The translations under genes and the position numbers were made by a program. This document shows positions 19,289 through 29,526 of a stretch of 64,000 nt of DNA, piece after piece (position 1 is the stretch's first letter; every line of letters begins with the position of its first letter). This DNA is from an uncultured Gemmatimonadales bacterium. GTDB taxonomy: Bacteria > Gemmatimonadota > Gemmatimonadetes > Gemmatimonadales > Gemmatimonadaceae. The notes under the pieces are model-generated. The model saw only the letters and a program-made list of their open reading frames with translations, was not told the origin of the DNA and ran no database searches. Location: NCBI GenBank assembly GCA_963850905.1, contig CAWKMU010000003.1, positions 1,472,001 to 1,536,000 on the forward strand, written 5' to 3'.

Positions 19289-20005
19289 ATGACGAGCCTT
19301 CGCTTCGTCGCATATGCCTTGCCGTTGGGGATTGTCGCTCTGCCAGCATCCCGCCCGGCCGTTCGCGCTGACCGCTTCGACGACGGAAGCTCGCACCACG
19401 CCCTCGCGTCCACGGCTCGCCTCTCGGATGCCGACGAGGTCGCCCTTGCCCTCAGCGCGGCTCCCGCATCCCTGACCGCTGGCGCTGCCGTCTACGCGTG
19501 GCGTGACGGTCAATTTGTGAAGGTGCGCGATGGCTCGACCGGGTGGACCTGCATGGTCTCGCGGGATACCCGCATCAATGGCGTGGCTCCGATGTGCTTT
19601 GATCCGGAGGCCGCTCGCACGTTGATGCAGGTGGAGATGCTCAGAACCCAGCTGCGCTCCCGCGGTCTCAGCAACACGGCAGTCGAACGCGAGGTGGACG
19701 CGGCATACCAGCACGGCACGCTGAAGTACCCGAACAAGTCGGCGGTGATCTACATGATGTCATCACACCAGGTGCTCACGACGTATCAGGGCGACAAAGG
19801 TCAGGCGATCGGTGCCTGGCACCCTCACCTCATGATCTACTGCCCCGGTGCATCCGTGGACCAATTCGCCCTCGGCAAGGACCAGCAGGCTGGGCCGCTG
19901 TCAATTCCGTTCACTGATGCCGGCGGGGTGCAGTTGGTGGTCGAGGTTCCGCACTGGGCGGACAGTCCGGCGATGGCGGACGCCGCGGGCGGTGGATCGC
20001 GCTGA
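19289..20005 (+). CDS. Secreted hypothetical protein
   Basis: AGGAG RBS; signal-like N-terminus; ALSAAP, GWTCMV, PMCFD, IYMMS and WHPHLM motifs. Confidence 0.75.
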   Translation: MTSLRFVAYALPLGIVALPASRPAVRADRFDDGSSHHALASTARLSDADEVALALSAAPASLTAGAAVYAWRDGQFVKVRDGSTGWTCMVSRDTRINGVAPMCFDPEAARTLMQVEMLRTQLRSRGLSNTAVEREVDAAYQHGTLKYPNKSAVIYMMSSHQVLTTYQGDKGQAIGAWHPHLMIYCPGASVDQFALGKDQQAGPLSIPFTDAGGVQLVVEVPHWADSPAMADAAGGGSR

Positions 20006-20022
20006 GCCGCCCGCAGCAACAT

Positions 20023-20046
20023 GTAGGGGCGGCCTTCAGGCCGCCC
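20023..20046 (+). repeat. GTAG-family REP-like palindrome
   Basis: GTAG followed by GGGCGGCC-TTCA-GGCCGCCC, between convergent genes. Confidence 0.7.
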
Positions 20047-20062
20047 GTTTGGGTCGTCGCCA

Positions 20063-20098
20063 GTCGTTGTTGTTCCCCAAACCCCAAACCCCAAACCC
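20063..20098. repeat. Right arm only of a type B heptamer element
   Basis: GTCGTTGTTGTT-CCCCAAA-CCCCAAA-CCCCAAA-CCC, matching the right arms at 52952-52987 and 60728-60765. Confidence 0.75.
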
Positions 20099-20106
20099 AC
20101 GTTTGT

Positions 20107-22536
20107 TCACCCGTCACCCGTCTTCTGCCCTTCCGCGCGACCCGCGAGCGCCATCAGGGCGACGAGATAACACAACCCGGCCACTTCCAAGACCGCGGTG
20201 AAGCCAAATGCCATCCCGAGGATCATCGCGGCGACTGAGCCAATCACGGTGAAGAAGCCATTCACGCCCCAAGCCCAGGGAACGATCGGGGCCGCGTCGA
20301 GAGACACGATACGGAGGCCGGTCGGAAATGGCATGCCCAGTGCGATCCCCACTGGCGCGATCAACAGGAACCCGATGACGGCGCGGACAGGCAGCGGCAA
20401 GCCCAACGCCACGGCAAAGATCGACGGAGTGAGGAGGGCAGTGGCCATCAACGTGACGATCACTCCGAGGAGGATCGGCCCGAGGGCACGTTGGGGTGAG
20501 GTCCGCGCCCGGCCGGCAAGTGCCGCCCCCACGCCGGCGAAGACCAGCAGCCCGGCCAGCACGACGGCGAGCGTGTAGACCGGCTGGCCGAGAAACAATG
20601 TGAACCGCTGTAGGAGTGCGATCTCGACGAAGATGAATCCGATTCCCAGCGCGCCGAAGTACGAGAGATAGCGCCAACGGTCCGCGACCTGGAGCCCCCG
20701 TCGCGCCAGGCCGGCCAATGGCAGCAGGATCAACACGGCCGCGACCAGCACCGACTGCGCCAACAGCACGAGCAGGGTCACTTCCGCGACCGGCCGATCT
20801 TCCAGTGCCATCCGCCCCATCTTCTTCTGGGTGAAAACGTCCCGGATAGCGCTCGCTCCGATACTGGACCAGCGCGCGTGTTGGTTGAAGAAGGGCCGAT
20901 CATCCGTCGCTGGCTCCAACTCCACCGGTGTCGCGCGGTACACCGAACGCACGTCCGGCGCCGTCAGCAACGAGTCGTAGATCGTGTTCCTGCCGATGCC
21001 GAACGGAGTGTAGAGCAGCTCCACGCCATTTGGTCCAGTCCCACCTGGCGTCGCGCGCAGCCGGCGCGCGATCTCATCGACCTCCGCTTGCGTAAACGCG
21101 GATTTCTTGAGCAGGAAGCCCGCGACGAACACTTTGCGCCCGACCTTGATGAGCTGTGGCTCGTTCGCTTGCCGAAAGGCGATGAGATGGTTCGCAACAT
21201 GGTCGAGGCCACGCTGGGCGAACAGCTCCCGCGCCGTCGCGAAGAGGCGCGGAATCTGCGCCTCCGGCCGTGTGAAGAAGATGAGCCCGTCGGGCGTGAG
21301 GTGATCGAAATAGTCCTCGAACGCCTCCAGTGTCAGCACGTAGTTCTCGGTCAGACTGAGCGCGCCCGACGCCACCGCGGCGTTGCTGATCGTGTGCTCC
21401 GAGATGAGGAGGTCGTACGAGTCGTGCGACCGCCGGACGAAACTCCGGCCCTCGCTGTTGACGAGATGCACGCCGGGCTGCGCGAAGAGGTCACCCCAGT
21501 AGTCATGCATGCGGTGCGTGACCACGTCGACAATGATCGGGTTGATCTCGACTGCCGTGATCGAGGACGCGCCATACTCCAGACCTTCCAGCACTTCCTG
21601 TCCGGCGCCCGACCCGATGATGAGGACACGCGGGTGTGACTTCCCGGCGTAAGCGAACCAGGAGTCGAAGTCGGTACTGTCCGGCGGCTGCTCCAAATAG
21701 TGGTGAATGTTTGGCCGCAAGTCATCGATCGAGGTCCCTGCCGTGCCCTGATCGAAGACGATGACTCGCTGGGTTGGCGCACGGGCCGGAGGGTGGTTGG
21801 GATACTCGTAGACATCGATACGCGAAAACGTATTCCAGGCCGTGTAGAGGGGTGCCTGCTTCGAGCTACCCTTGCTGGGCGACAGCGTAATGGGCAGCAC
21901 GCGGTCGGCAGCGGACGCCAGCACTGCGGAGGCCACGGCTCCGGTCAGGGCGATCACGGATAGTGATCGCGCCGCATCGAGGCCGAAGGCAGCCGCGGCC
22001 AGAAAGCCGCAGGACGCTGCCGCGACGACCGACCCGGACCCGCCCACGCGTGGCATGACGAGCGCGATCGCCGCGCACCCCAACCCCGCGCCGAGAAGGT
22101 CATAGGCGTAGAGGCGGTTGACGTCGTGTGTGCGCCGTGTGAGCAGCAGCGCGATGGCGAGCCCCGAGCAGAAGAATGGTGTGGCGAGGGTCAGGTAGTA
22201 GATCGGCATGTACAGGAGCTGGCGCCGGTCCGAAAACAAGGCGAACGGATCGAACGGAATCCGCTGCATCAGCCAGAAGCTGGCGAGCGTGACTACGCCG
22301 AACGCCAAGGATAGGACGGCGAGGGCGCGGCCGAGTGCGATGCGCTCCCGGAGTCGAGTCCAGGTCGCCAGCGTGACGCCGGCTGCGCCGAACCCCAGGA
22401 GTGCGGTCGAGATCACGAGAAAGCCGAAGTGGTACCAGAGTGCGACCGACAGCACGCGTGTCAGCGCGAGCTCGAGCAACAGCGTCGCGAATGACAGCAG
22501 AAAGATCCCGACCAGGGTGCCGCGCGGCGTATCCAT
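20107..22536 (-). CDS. Polytopic membrane protein with central spermidine-synthase-like SAM-binding domain
   Basis: N- and C-terminal TM blocks; LYAYDLLGAGLG, VLIIGSGAG, VEINP, EGRSFV and ATDDRPFF motifs. Confidence 0.85.
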   Translation of the reverse strand: MDTPRGTLVGIFLLSFATLLLELALTRVLSVALWYHFGFLVISTALLGFGAAGVTLATWTRLRERIALGRALAVLSLAFGVVTLASFWLMQRIPFDPFALFSDRRQLLYMPIYYLTLATPFFCSGLAIALLLTRRTHDVNRLYAYDLLGAGLGCAAIALVMPRVGGSGSVVAAASCGFLAAAAFGLDAARSLSVIALTGAVASAVLASAADRVLPITLSPSKGSSKQAPLYTAWNTFSRIDVYEYPNHPPARAPTQRVIVFDQGTAGTSIDDLRPNIHHYLEQPPDSTDFDSWFAYAGKSHPRVLIIGSGAGQEVLEGLEYGASSITAVEINPIIVDVVTHRMHDYWGDLFAQPGVHLVNSEGRSFVRRSHDSYDLLISEHTISNAAVASGALSLTENYVLTLEAFEDYFDHLTPDGLIFFTRPEAQIPRLFATARELFAQRGLDHVANHLIAFRQANEPQLIKVGRKVFVAGFLLKKSAFTQAEVDEIARRLRATPGGTGPNGVELLYTPFGIGRNTIYDSLLTAPDVRSVYRATPVELEPATDDRPFFNQHARWSSIGASAIRDVFTQKKMGRMALEDRPVAEVTLLVLLAQSVLVAAVLILLPLAGLARRGLQVADRWRYLSYFGALGIGFIFVEIALLQRFTLFLGQPVYTLAVVLAGLLVFAGVGAALAGRARTSPQRALGPILLGVIVTLMATALLTPSIFAVALGLPLPVRAVIGFLLIAPVGIALGMPFPTGLRIVSLDAAPIVPWAWGVNGFFTVIGSVAAMILGMAFGFTAVLEVAGLCYLVALMALAGRAEGQKTGDG

Positions 22537-22632
22537 CGAACCCCTCCCGTACCCGGTGCGCACAGAATGTGATGCCTTCGACCGGGGGGTGGAAGATGGG
22601 CACGGGGGTGTGCGAGGCTCCCAATGACCGTC

Positions 22633-24000
22633 TTAGTTGATGTCGACCTGTTTCGTCTCGGGCCCTGAGAGTGCCCCAACGAGCAACAGGAGGCCGCCGA
22701 GCGCGAGAAACACGATCTGCGTGTACGCGTAGGGAAAGCCGAGCGCACTCAAACCGAGCATGTATAGTGATGTAAACGCGGGGATGATCATCGCCGCGCT
22801 GTATCCGAGTCCGTAGCCGGATGCTCGGACGCCGGTCGGGAATCGCTCGTTGATGTACGAGGTCACGACCGCCCAGACAGGCGTCGCGGACAGGTTGATG
22901 AGTGCCACGAGCACGATCAGCTCAGCGGCGTTCCGGTAGCCCGACCGTACGAGCAGGTAGTACAGCGCTGGCCCCACCGTACAGCCGGCGAGTCCAATCA
23001 GCGCGAGCGTTGCCCGGCGTCCGATGCGCTGTCCCAACATTCCGACGAGAATGAACACGGGGAACAGCAGCAGGTGTGTGATGAGCTGCGCGTTGTTGAC
23101 GATGACGCTGCTCACGTTGCGAATGTTCGACAACACGCCGGGCAGAACGGAAGTCACGGCGTTGAGCGTGAACCACGCACCACTCAATGTCACGAATACT
23201 TGTGCGAGGCAGCGCAGGTCGTCGCCCCGGAGGAGCTCGCCCAGCGGGGACCTCTCGTGGCGCGCGCGGCCCCACACTGGCGACTCCGGCACCTTCTTGA
23301 CGCAGTAGTAGCAGACGGCGCCGGCGAGGATCGCGCCGACGATGAAGGGGATGCGCCATCCCCACTGGACGTACGGCGAATGCAGCGATCCCGCTGGGAG
23401 CACCCGCAACAGGCCGCTGGTGATCAGCGACATCGCCACGACCGCGAGCGGAAATCCCGAATGGATGAATGCGGCCCAGAGCCCGCGCTTGTCTTTGGGT
23501 GCGTACTCCATCGCGAGCGGATTGGCGCCCGTGTATTCACCGCCCAGGAAGATGCCGTCCAGGAACCTGAGGAACGTGAGCGCGCCGATGCTGGCGATGC
23601 CCCACGTCTCATACCCCGGCAGGAGCGCGATCAACAGCGTGACGGCCGCGAATCCGCCCATCGAGATGATGGTGACTTTGCGCCGCCCGATCTTGTCGCT
23701 GTAATGGCCGAACACCACGGCGCCCAGTGGGCGGCCGACGAGCGAGAAGGCGAACACGACATAGAACAGCGTCGATTGCAGCGCCGGGCTGAGTGTGGCT
23801 GGCTGAAAGAACGACATGGCCGGCCCGAGGGCCACGATGGGCAGGTATACGTCGAACATGTCGACGAAGAACCCGGCGAACGCGGCACGTAGCGCGCGGT
23901 GGCCGGCCTGGCGGGTCGCCACGTCGGACAGGCCCGGGGATGCACGAGGGCGACGCAATGCGTCGCCCTTATCGGTCCAGCGGCCCGTCGCTGCGGGCAC
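22633..24000 (-). CDS. MFS transporter (metabolite:H+ symporter family); start uncertain
   Basis: GRPLGAVVFGHYSDKIGRR, GGEY, WGWRIPF, ERFPTGVRASG and PETK motifs. Confidence 0.9.
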   Translation of the reverse strand: MPAATGRWTDKGDALRRPRASPGLSDVATRQAGHRALRAAFAGFFVDMFDVYLPIVALGPAMSFFQPATLSPALQSTLFYVVFAFSLVGRPLGAVVFGHYSDKIGRRKVTIISMGGFAAVTLLIALLPGYETWGIASIGALTFLRFLDGIFLGGEYTGANPLAMEYAPKDKRGLWAAFIHSGFPLAVVAMSLITSGLLRVLPAGSLHSPYVQWGWRIPFIVGAILAGAVCYYCVKKVPESPVWGRARHERSPLGELLRGDDLRCLAQVFVTLSGAWFTLNAVTSVLPGVLSNIRNVSSVIVNNAQLITHLLLFPVFILVGMLGQRIGRRATLALIGLAGCTVGPALYYLLVRSGYRNAAELIVLVALINLSATPVWAVVTSYINERFPTGVRASGYGLGYSAAMIIPAFTSLYMLGLSALGFPYAYTQIVFLALGGLLLLVGALSGPETKQVDIN

Positions 24001-24003
24001 GTG

Positions 24004-24330
24004 TCAGCCCTTCGCTCCGGGCGGCCGATAGGCGACGGCCTTCTTCGTCGCCGCGTCCATCTCCTCCGGCGTGAGCAGTACGGTACTCCGGACGGCTACG
24101 GTCCCGGTGGCTCTCACGGCCACGCTCACGGCGGTCGCCGTCGCCTGGTCAGGAAACTCCGCGATCCCGATGACGTCGTCCTTGCCGATGGCGTAATAGA
24201 AGGCATGCAGCTTGCCGCCCGCCGCCTCGACCATCTGCTTCACGCTGGCTCGACGCTTCGAGCCGCCCTCCTGGCTCAAGCCCTTCGCGCCTTCTGCGCT
24301 GTACGAGCCTTGCCATAGGTATGTGGGCAC
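24004..24330 (-). CDS. GYD domain-containing protein
   Basis: GAGGAGG RBS; YSAEGAKGL..GGSKR..GGKLHAFYYAIGKDD..YRPPG. Confidence 0.85.
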   Translation of the reverse strand: MPTYLWQGSYSAEGAKGLSQEGGSKRRASVKQMVEAAGGKLHAFYYAIGKDDVIGIAEFPDQATATAVSVAVRATGTVAVRSTVLLTPEEMDAATKKAVAYRPPGAKG

Positions 24331-24550
24331 CCGCCCTCCTCGGTGTTGATGGGGCGGACAAGGTACGACGAAAGGATGCTCGCGGTAAGCGCGTCGAGAA
24401 CGATGCGGTCGCCCGGGCTGGCACCCTCGTACGCCGTCTGTAGGAAGCCGGCCACGAATGCGTCGCTACCGCGTCTCTCTCGTGCGCTACAGGTGGAGGG
24501 TGGCGTCGCGACGTGCGCGCGGGAGTCGAGCTGAGCGGTGATGCGCGTGC

Positions 24551-25324
24551 CTAACCTGACGTCGATCCGACGCCCGGTCGGCCATGCCCCTGCTTGCGCA
24601 TCGCGGGAATCGCGACGGCTCGGGCCGGTTGTACCGGAGGTGCACTTGCGAGCGCTGGTCGCTCGATGACGAGCAAATCGTATAGGGCGAGCGACCTCGG
24701 CAGACGCGACGGGCGAGGCAGTCGCCTGATTGGAAGCGTCGAGCCCTCGAGCGCTCGTCGCACGCGCGCGCGCCCGCCTTGAAAGTTTGCTTCGGGGTCG
24801 AACCCGACCAACATGGCGTACGCCAAGTCCGCCCATCGGTGAGGCCGCGGTGTGATCGCCAGCACCGCACCCCCGTGTCGTGTGACTCGGTACGCTTCGG
24901 CGAGGGCGAGACCTGGCTCCTCGATGAACTCGAGGGCGCTCACGATGACGACAGCATCGAAGCTGTAGTCTTGGAATGGGAGGGCGACGCCGGTGCCTCT
25001 CGCCAGGGTGACATCGACGCCACAGGCCGAGAGCTCCGTGCGCGTGCGGGCCCCATTGGGGTGGATGTCGACGCCAAACAACGACTTGGCGTGGCGAGCC
25101 AACTCGGGAAAGAACACTCCGCTTCCGTACCCGACATCGAGCACGCGCGCAATCCTGCCGTACGGCAATGCGTCGCGCACCCACTTGAGGCGCTGCCGGA
25201 GAAGGGAGCCGTAGCCAATGCCGTCGTAATGCGCTACGGCATCGACGCCACTGGTGGGCGTCAATCGACCCCGCGGGGGGACATCGAGTCCGGATGATCT
25301 CGATGTTCGTGATGGACTGCGCAT
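24551..25324 (-). CDS. Class I SAM-dependent methyltransferase
   Basis: VLDVGYGSG, LPFQDYSFDAV and EAYRVTRHGG motifs. Confidence 0.85.
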   Translation of the reverse strand: MRSPSRTSRSSGLDVPPRGRLTPTSGVDAVAHYDGIGYGSLLRQRLKWVRDALPYGRIARVLDVGYGSGVFFPELARHAKSLFGVDIHPNGARTRTELSACGVDVTLARGTGVALPFQDYSFDAVVIVSALEFIEEPGLALAEAYRVTRHGGAVLAITPRPHRWADLAYAMLVGFDPEANFQGGRARVRRALEGSTLPIRRLPRPSRLPRSLALYDLLVIERPALASAPPVQPARAVAIPAMRKQGHGRPGVGSTSG

Positions 25325-25820
25325 CGGTCGTCCCTTGCGTTCGTAAGCCGAACTGACGTGGACGGACTGACGCGACGGGACGCATGTGTATCACGCACGC
25401 GTGACCACACGGAAGTCACAGACTGCTCTGCTCCATCGCGTCGAACCTTTCAGTACTGCTTTTCGTTCAACTCGCGACGAGCGCTCACCTGCCTAACCAG
25501 TCGGTTGCGTATCGGCAGGGGCTGCTTCGTTGGCGCCGGATCGCTCGCGGCCCGGCACGTTACCGCACTGATCGTGCCGTGGTCTGCCGCGCGAGATGGC
25601 CACTCGCGCCGCGCGCGGAGCGTTGTCGCGCGAGCGTTCACCGCATTTGCATCCGCGGGTGACAGAAACGTGCGGCGCGGATCCAACGCGATGTGTACGC
25701 GCGTATGCTCACGGACAATTCGCCGTGATGGATCGGCATTGGCGTCAAGGTCGGCGCGGTGTTCGTCATCGAACCAGTAATGCTTCGCTCCAACAAGCGA
25801 GCGAGCTCTACCGCATTCCG

Positions 25821-26876
25821 CTATCTCCGTTCCGCCCAGGCCAGGCCGTCCGGGTTCCCCAACGGGGCAAGCTGGCCGGCGACCGCCAGGGTCTTCAGGT
25901 CCAGCACGACCATCTTGTTGGCGCCACTGACGGCGACGAATGCGCGCGCGCCATCCGGGTCCATGAGGATGCCGGCCGCGCCCCCACCCAGCTGCAGCTG
26001 CTTGACCTCCTTGCGGCTTCTGGCATCGAGCACCGCGAGATTCGGCGCGGCGGTTGTACCGCCGCTACCCAAGCCGGAGATCAGGACGAACCGGCCATCG
26101 GGCGTAAACTTGAGCCGATTGGCTCTCGTCACCGATATGGGCATCGTCTCGATGATCTTGTGAGTCGCGAAGTCGATGATGCTGGCCGTTCCGTCCTCGG
26201 CGTTGGCCGTCCAGATCTCTTTACCGTCGGGTGAGACATCGAAACCCTCGGCACCTTTGCCGACGGGCACATTCGTCACCTCCCACACACGTTGATCCGC
26301 GGCGCGTTGCCCGCTGGCTGTACCACTCGATCCCGCCAGGAGCTCGATAATGCTCATCGTGGCGGAGCGCACGTTGGAGGTCACGATCCTGTCCAGGGTG
26401 CGCGTGACCCACACCATGTGCGTGCGGTCTTGACCCGTGCCCAGCACCCAGTCGATCCGGCCGGTCGATGGGTCGTAGCGTCCGATCGCCTTGTTGGTCT
26501 CGGCGGTGAAATACAGCTCGCCCCCCGCAAAAGCCAACCCATGCGCGCCGTGCAACGCACCGAGGTCGATTGCGGGGAGCGCTCGGTGATTCACAAGGTC
26601 AACGACCGCGATCGTATGGAGCGTGCTGCGCTCTCCTCCGTAGTTCGAGACATAAGCCACCTTCCCATCCGCCGACGCGATGACCTCATGCGGATCCTCA
26701 CCAACGGGCACCCTGGCTACAAACTGCAAGGTGGTCGGGTCGACAATGTCCAGCTGGTTGGTGCTTTTTTCCAGAACGAGCACCGTACCACCATGCGGTT
26801 GCGCGACGGCCGATACGCTCGCGAGCACGAGTGCGCTAACACACGCACCGGTCATACGCCACTTGTGACCTCGCAT
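25821..26876 (-). CDS. Secreted YncE/YVTN-type beta-propeller protein
   Basis: AGGAG RBS; signal peptide; VGEDPHE..ADGKVAYVSNYG, VSPDGKEIW and FTPDGR repeats. Confidence 0.88.
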   Translation of the reverse strand: MRGHKWRMTGACVSALVLASVSAVAQPHGGTVLVLEKSTNQLDIVDPTTLQFVARVPVGEDPHEVIASADGKVAYVSNYGGERSTLHTIAVVDLVNHRALPAIDLGALHGAHGLAFAGGELYFTAETNKAIGRYDPSTGRIDWVLGTGQDRTHMVWVTRTLDRIVTSNVRSATMSIIELLAGSSGTASGQRAADQRVWEVTNVPVGKGAEGFDVSPDGKEIWTANAEDGTASIIDFATHKIIETMPISVTRANRLKFTPDGRFVLISGLGSGGTTAAPNLAVLDARSRKEVKQLQLGGGAAGILMDPDGARAFVAVSGANKMVVLDLKTLAVAGQLAPLGNPDGLAWAERR

Positions 26877-27031
26877 CAGATCTCTCCTTGAAAGAGTGCG
26901 GCGATCGACCCGCCTCGATTAGCGTCGCCTCGTGTGATGGCATCGATTAGCTTCGTCCACTCGCTCATGGTACCTCGCGAGTCGAGTCGCACGTCGCAGC
27001 TATTTTGCTACCTTCTGCGCGGGAGGAACAG

Positions 27032-27532
27032 GTGCCGTCCAGGCGTGCGGGACCCTTCAATGTCGGCGCGGCATTGCTTCGCGCCTACGCAGCAAGCGCG
27101 CGGGTGAACGAGTACCTCGTCGAGCGACTCGACCCGGCAGTGTGGCGGGCCAAGCCGCCGGCGCCCAAGATGCGCACGATCGCGGCTCTCGTGGCTCATG
27201 TACACAACTGTGGACTCGTCTACCTGCGCCGCGCCGCGCCGGGACTCGCCGTACCACCGGATCTCGATCGGTTCCGGGTGACGCAGGCGACGGCCGTACG
27301 GGCGCTCGCCGCCAAGCGCCGCGCAACACTGGCCGTGCTGGAGCCCGCGCTCGGGCGGGGCGGCCGCGTCGGCGGTTCGTCGCACGACCCAGTGAGCTTT
27401 CTCACGTACTACATGGTGCACGACGGTCACCACCGGGGCCAAATCCTCTGGCTGGCCCGGTGGCTCGGTCATCCGGTCAGCACGGAGACAATGTCCGGGA
27501 TGTGGCAGTGGTCGGCGCGCGCCCGCGAGTGA
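27032..27532 (+). CDS. DinB family protein
   Basis: GGAGG RBS + GTG; metal-ligand His motifs AHVHN and HDGHHRGQ. Confidence 0.85.
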   Translation: MPSRRAGPFNVGAALLRAYAASARVNEYLVERLDPAVWRAKPPAPKMRTIAALVAHVHNCGLVYLRRAAPGLAVPPDLDRFRVTQATAVRALAAKRRATLAVLEPALGRGGRVGGSSHDPVSFLTYYMVHDGHHRGQILWLARWLGHPVSTETMSGMWQWSARARE

Positions 27533-27549
27533 GTCAGGACTGGAGAAGG

Positions 27550-29244
27550 TCAGGTCGCCGCGTGCGCGGCGCTCGATCGCTCGGGCGTGAGACCTTGACC
27601 GAAGCGTCCATCCGAGCGCTGGCCCTCGCGGAGCGTCACCTGACCATTCACGAGCACGGCATGGATCCCATCTGGATACTGGAACGGATCGGCGTAGGTC
27701 GCGCGGTCGATCACCGTCGCCGGATCGAACACCACCACATCGCCGGCCATCCCCGCAGCGAGGCGGCCGCGATCACCGAGCTTGACGCGGGCTGCGCTTT
27801 GCGCGGTCATCTTGTGGATGGCTTGCGACAGGGTGAGCACGTGTCGCTCGCGGACGTAGCGGCCCAGGATGCGGGGAAAGGTGCCAAGCCCACGGGGGTG
27901 GGGCTGCCCGGCGTGTGCGGGACCGTCGATCGCGAAGGCCCCCCCGTCGCTGCACACGGTACACTGCGGGTGTGCGAGGATGCGGGAGATGTCCTCTTCG
28001 CTCATCGCAAACCCGACCATGCCCACGCTGCCGTGGCTCCGTCTCAAGAGCGCGACGGCCGCCTCGTATGGGTCGGTTCCCGCCAATGCTGCGTACGTGC
28101 CGAGCCTCTGTCCCTCGACGGCGCGATCCGCGCTGTCGGCCACCGACGAGATGAGGACGCTGTTCCAGCCGGCGAGGAGGTTGATCTTTTCAAGGACTGC
28201 CGCGCGCAGCCGGGGTGTCGCCGCCGAGTCAGCGAGCCGAGCCAGGAACGCGTCGGTGCCGCCGTCTTTGCTCCATTTGGGAAAGAGATTGTCGAGGCCC
28301 GTCTGGTAGGCTTCGTACGGGTAACAGTCGAACGTCACGTCGACGCCGTTCTTCCGCGCGTCGGCCACGCGGGCGAAGACGTCATCGAGCTTCCCCCAGT
28401 TGCGCTGTCCCTCGCACTTGAGGTGTGAGATCTCGAGCGGGCAGCCCGCTCCGCGCGCGACGGCGATCGCTTCCTCGACCGACTCGATGACGTGGTCGTC
28501 CTCGTTGCGCATGTGCGTGGCGTAGGGCAGCCCGCGCGCGGCGAGCGGATGGCAGAGGGCGCTCAGTTCATCGCGCGGCGCGAAGATGCCGGGCGTGTAC
28601 TCGAGCCCCGACGACGCCCCGCAGGCGCCGCCCTCGACTGCGGCCGCGACGAGTGCGACCATGCGGCGCATCTCATCCGGGGTCGCTGGCCGGTCCGCGT
28701 CGCCGACGATCACGTGTCGCACGGTGCCGAGTCCCACCATGCTGGCGACGTTGACGGAGCTGGGCAGAGCCTGGACCTCCCGGAGGAATTCCCCAACGGT
28801 CTTGCCCGTCGCCGTACCGGGTACGGACGCGCCGTGCCGGGTCGCCTCGGCGTCAGTGCGCGTTGGCTCGTGCGATGAGCCATCCTGTCCCACGATCACG
28901 GTCGTGACGCCCTGGCGGATCACCGACTCGACGCGCGGGTCCTTGAACATCGTGCCGTCGGCGTGCGAGTGGATGTCAATGAAGCCCGGTGCCACGGCGA
29001 GCCCGCGCGCATCGATCACCACCGCAGCATCGTCGCCGAGGCGGTGGCCGATCGCGGCAATGCGTCCCGCGGAGAGTGCGACGTCACCCTCGACTCCCGG
29101 GCTGCCGGTCCCGTCGAATACGGTGCCGTTCCGGATGAGCACGTCGTAGCGCTTGCGTCCGGGGAGGTGCAGCGCCGGCGCCTTGCGGAGGGCAAGGATG
29201 GCGAGGAGGGCTCCGGACTCACCAAGAAAACCGCGGCGATTCAT
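27550..29244 (-). CDS. N-acyl-D-amino-acid deacylase, Tat-exported
   Basis: NRRGFL Tat motif; PGFIDIHSHAD, THMRNE, ISHLK and HPRGLGTFPR motifs. Confidence 0.92.
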   Translation of the reverse strand: MNRRGFLGESGALLAILALRKAPALHLPGRKRYDVLIRNGTVFDGTGSPGVEGDVALSAGRIAAIGHRLGDDAAVVIDARGLAVAPGFIDIHSHADGTMFKDPRVESVIRQGVTTVIVGQDGSSHEPTRTDAEATRHGASVPGTATGKTVGEFLREVQALPSSVNVASMVGLGTVRHVIVGDADRPATPDEMRRMVALVAAAVEGGACGASSGLEYTPGIFAPRDELSALCHPLAARGLPYATHMRNEDDHVIESVEEAIAVARGAGCPLEISHLKCEGQRNWGKLDDVFARVADARKNGVDVTFDCYPYEAYQTGLDNLFPKWSKDGGTDAFLARLADSAATPRLRAAVLEKINLLAGWNSVLISSVADSADRAVEGQRLGTYAALAGTDPYEAAVALLRRSHGSVGMVGFAMSEEDISRILAHPQCTVCSDGGAFAIDGPAHAGQPHPRGLGTFPRILGRYVRERHVLTLSQAIHKMTAQSAARVKLGDRGRLAAGMAGDVVVFDPATVIDRATYADPFQYPDGIHAVLVNGQVTLREGQRSDGRFGQGLTPERSSAAHAAT

Positions 29245-29526
29245 CTAAAGGAACAGGTAGGGGTCATTCGACGATACGAAACGAGAGGCTTGCGGGGTGT
29301 CCCCCGCTCAACGCGTCCGACTACATTCTCGCGCCGTTACCGCTCGAGCGCCACAGGCCCTGGGCCGTCGAGGGTGGACGACAGCTTATTCGGCAGGGAG
29401 ACCCTCCGTGCTTCCGACTCGGGCATGGTCAACAACCGTTCCCGCACAGCGTCTCCCCTCGTAGTTTCTTCCGCAGACCAGCGGCCAGCGGGATGGGCGA
29501 GATAGACACCAACCGGAGTATCGAGC

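Noticed and set aside
25325..25820. ~500-bp gap with short ORFs (25358-25780, 25450-25686)
   Set aside because: No RBS, protein motif or recognisable RNA structure was found, so it is left unannotated.
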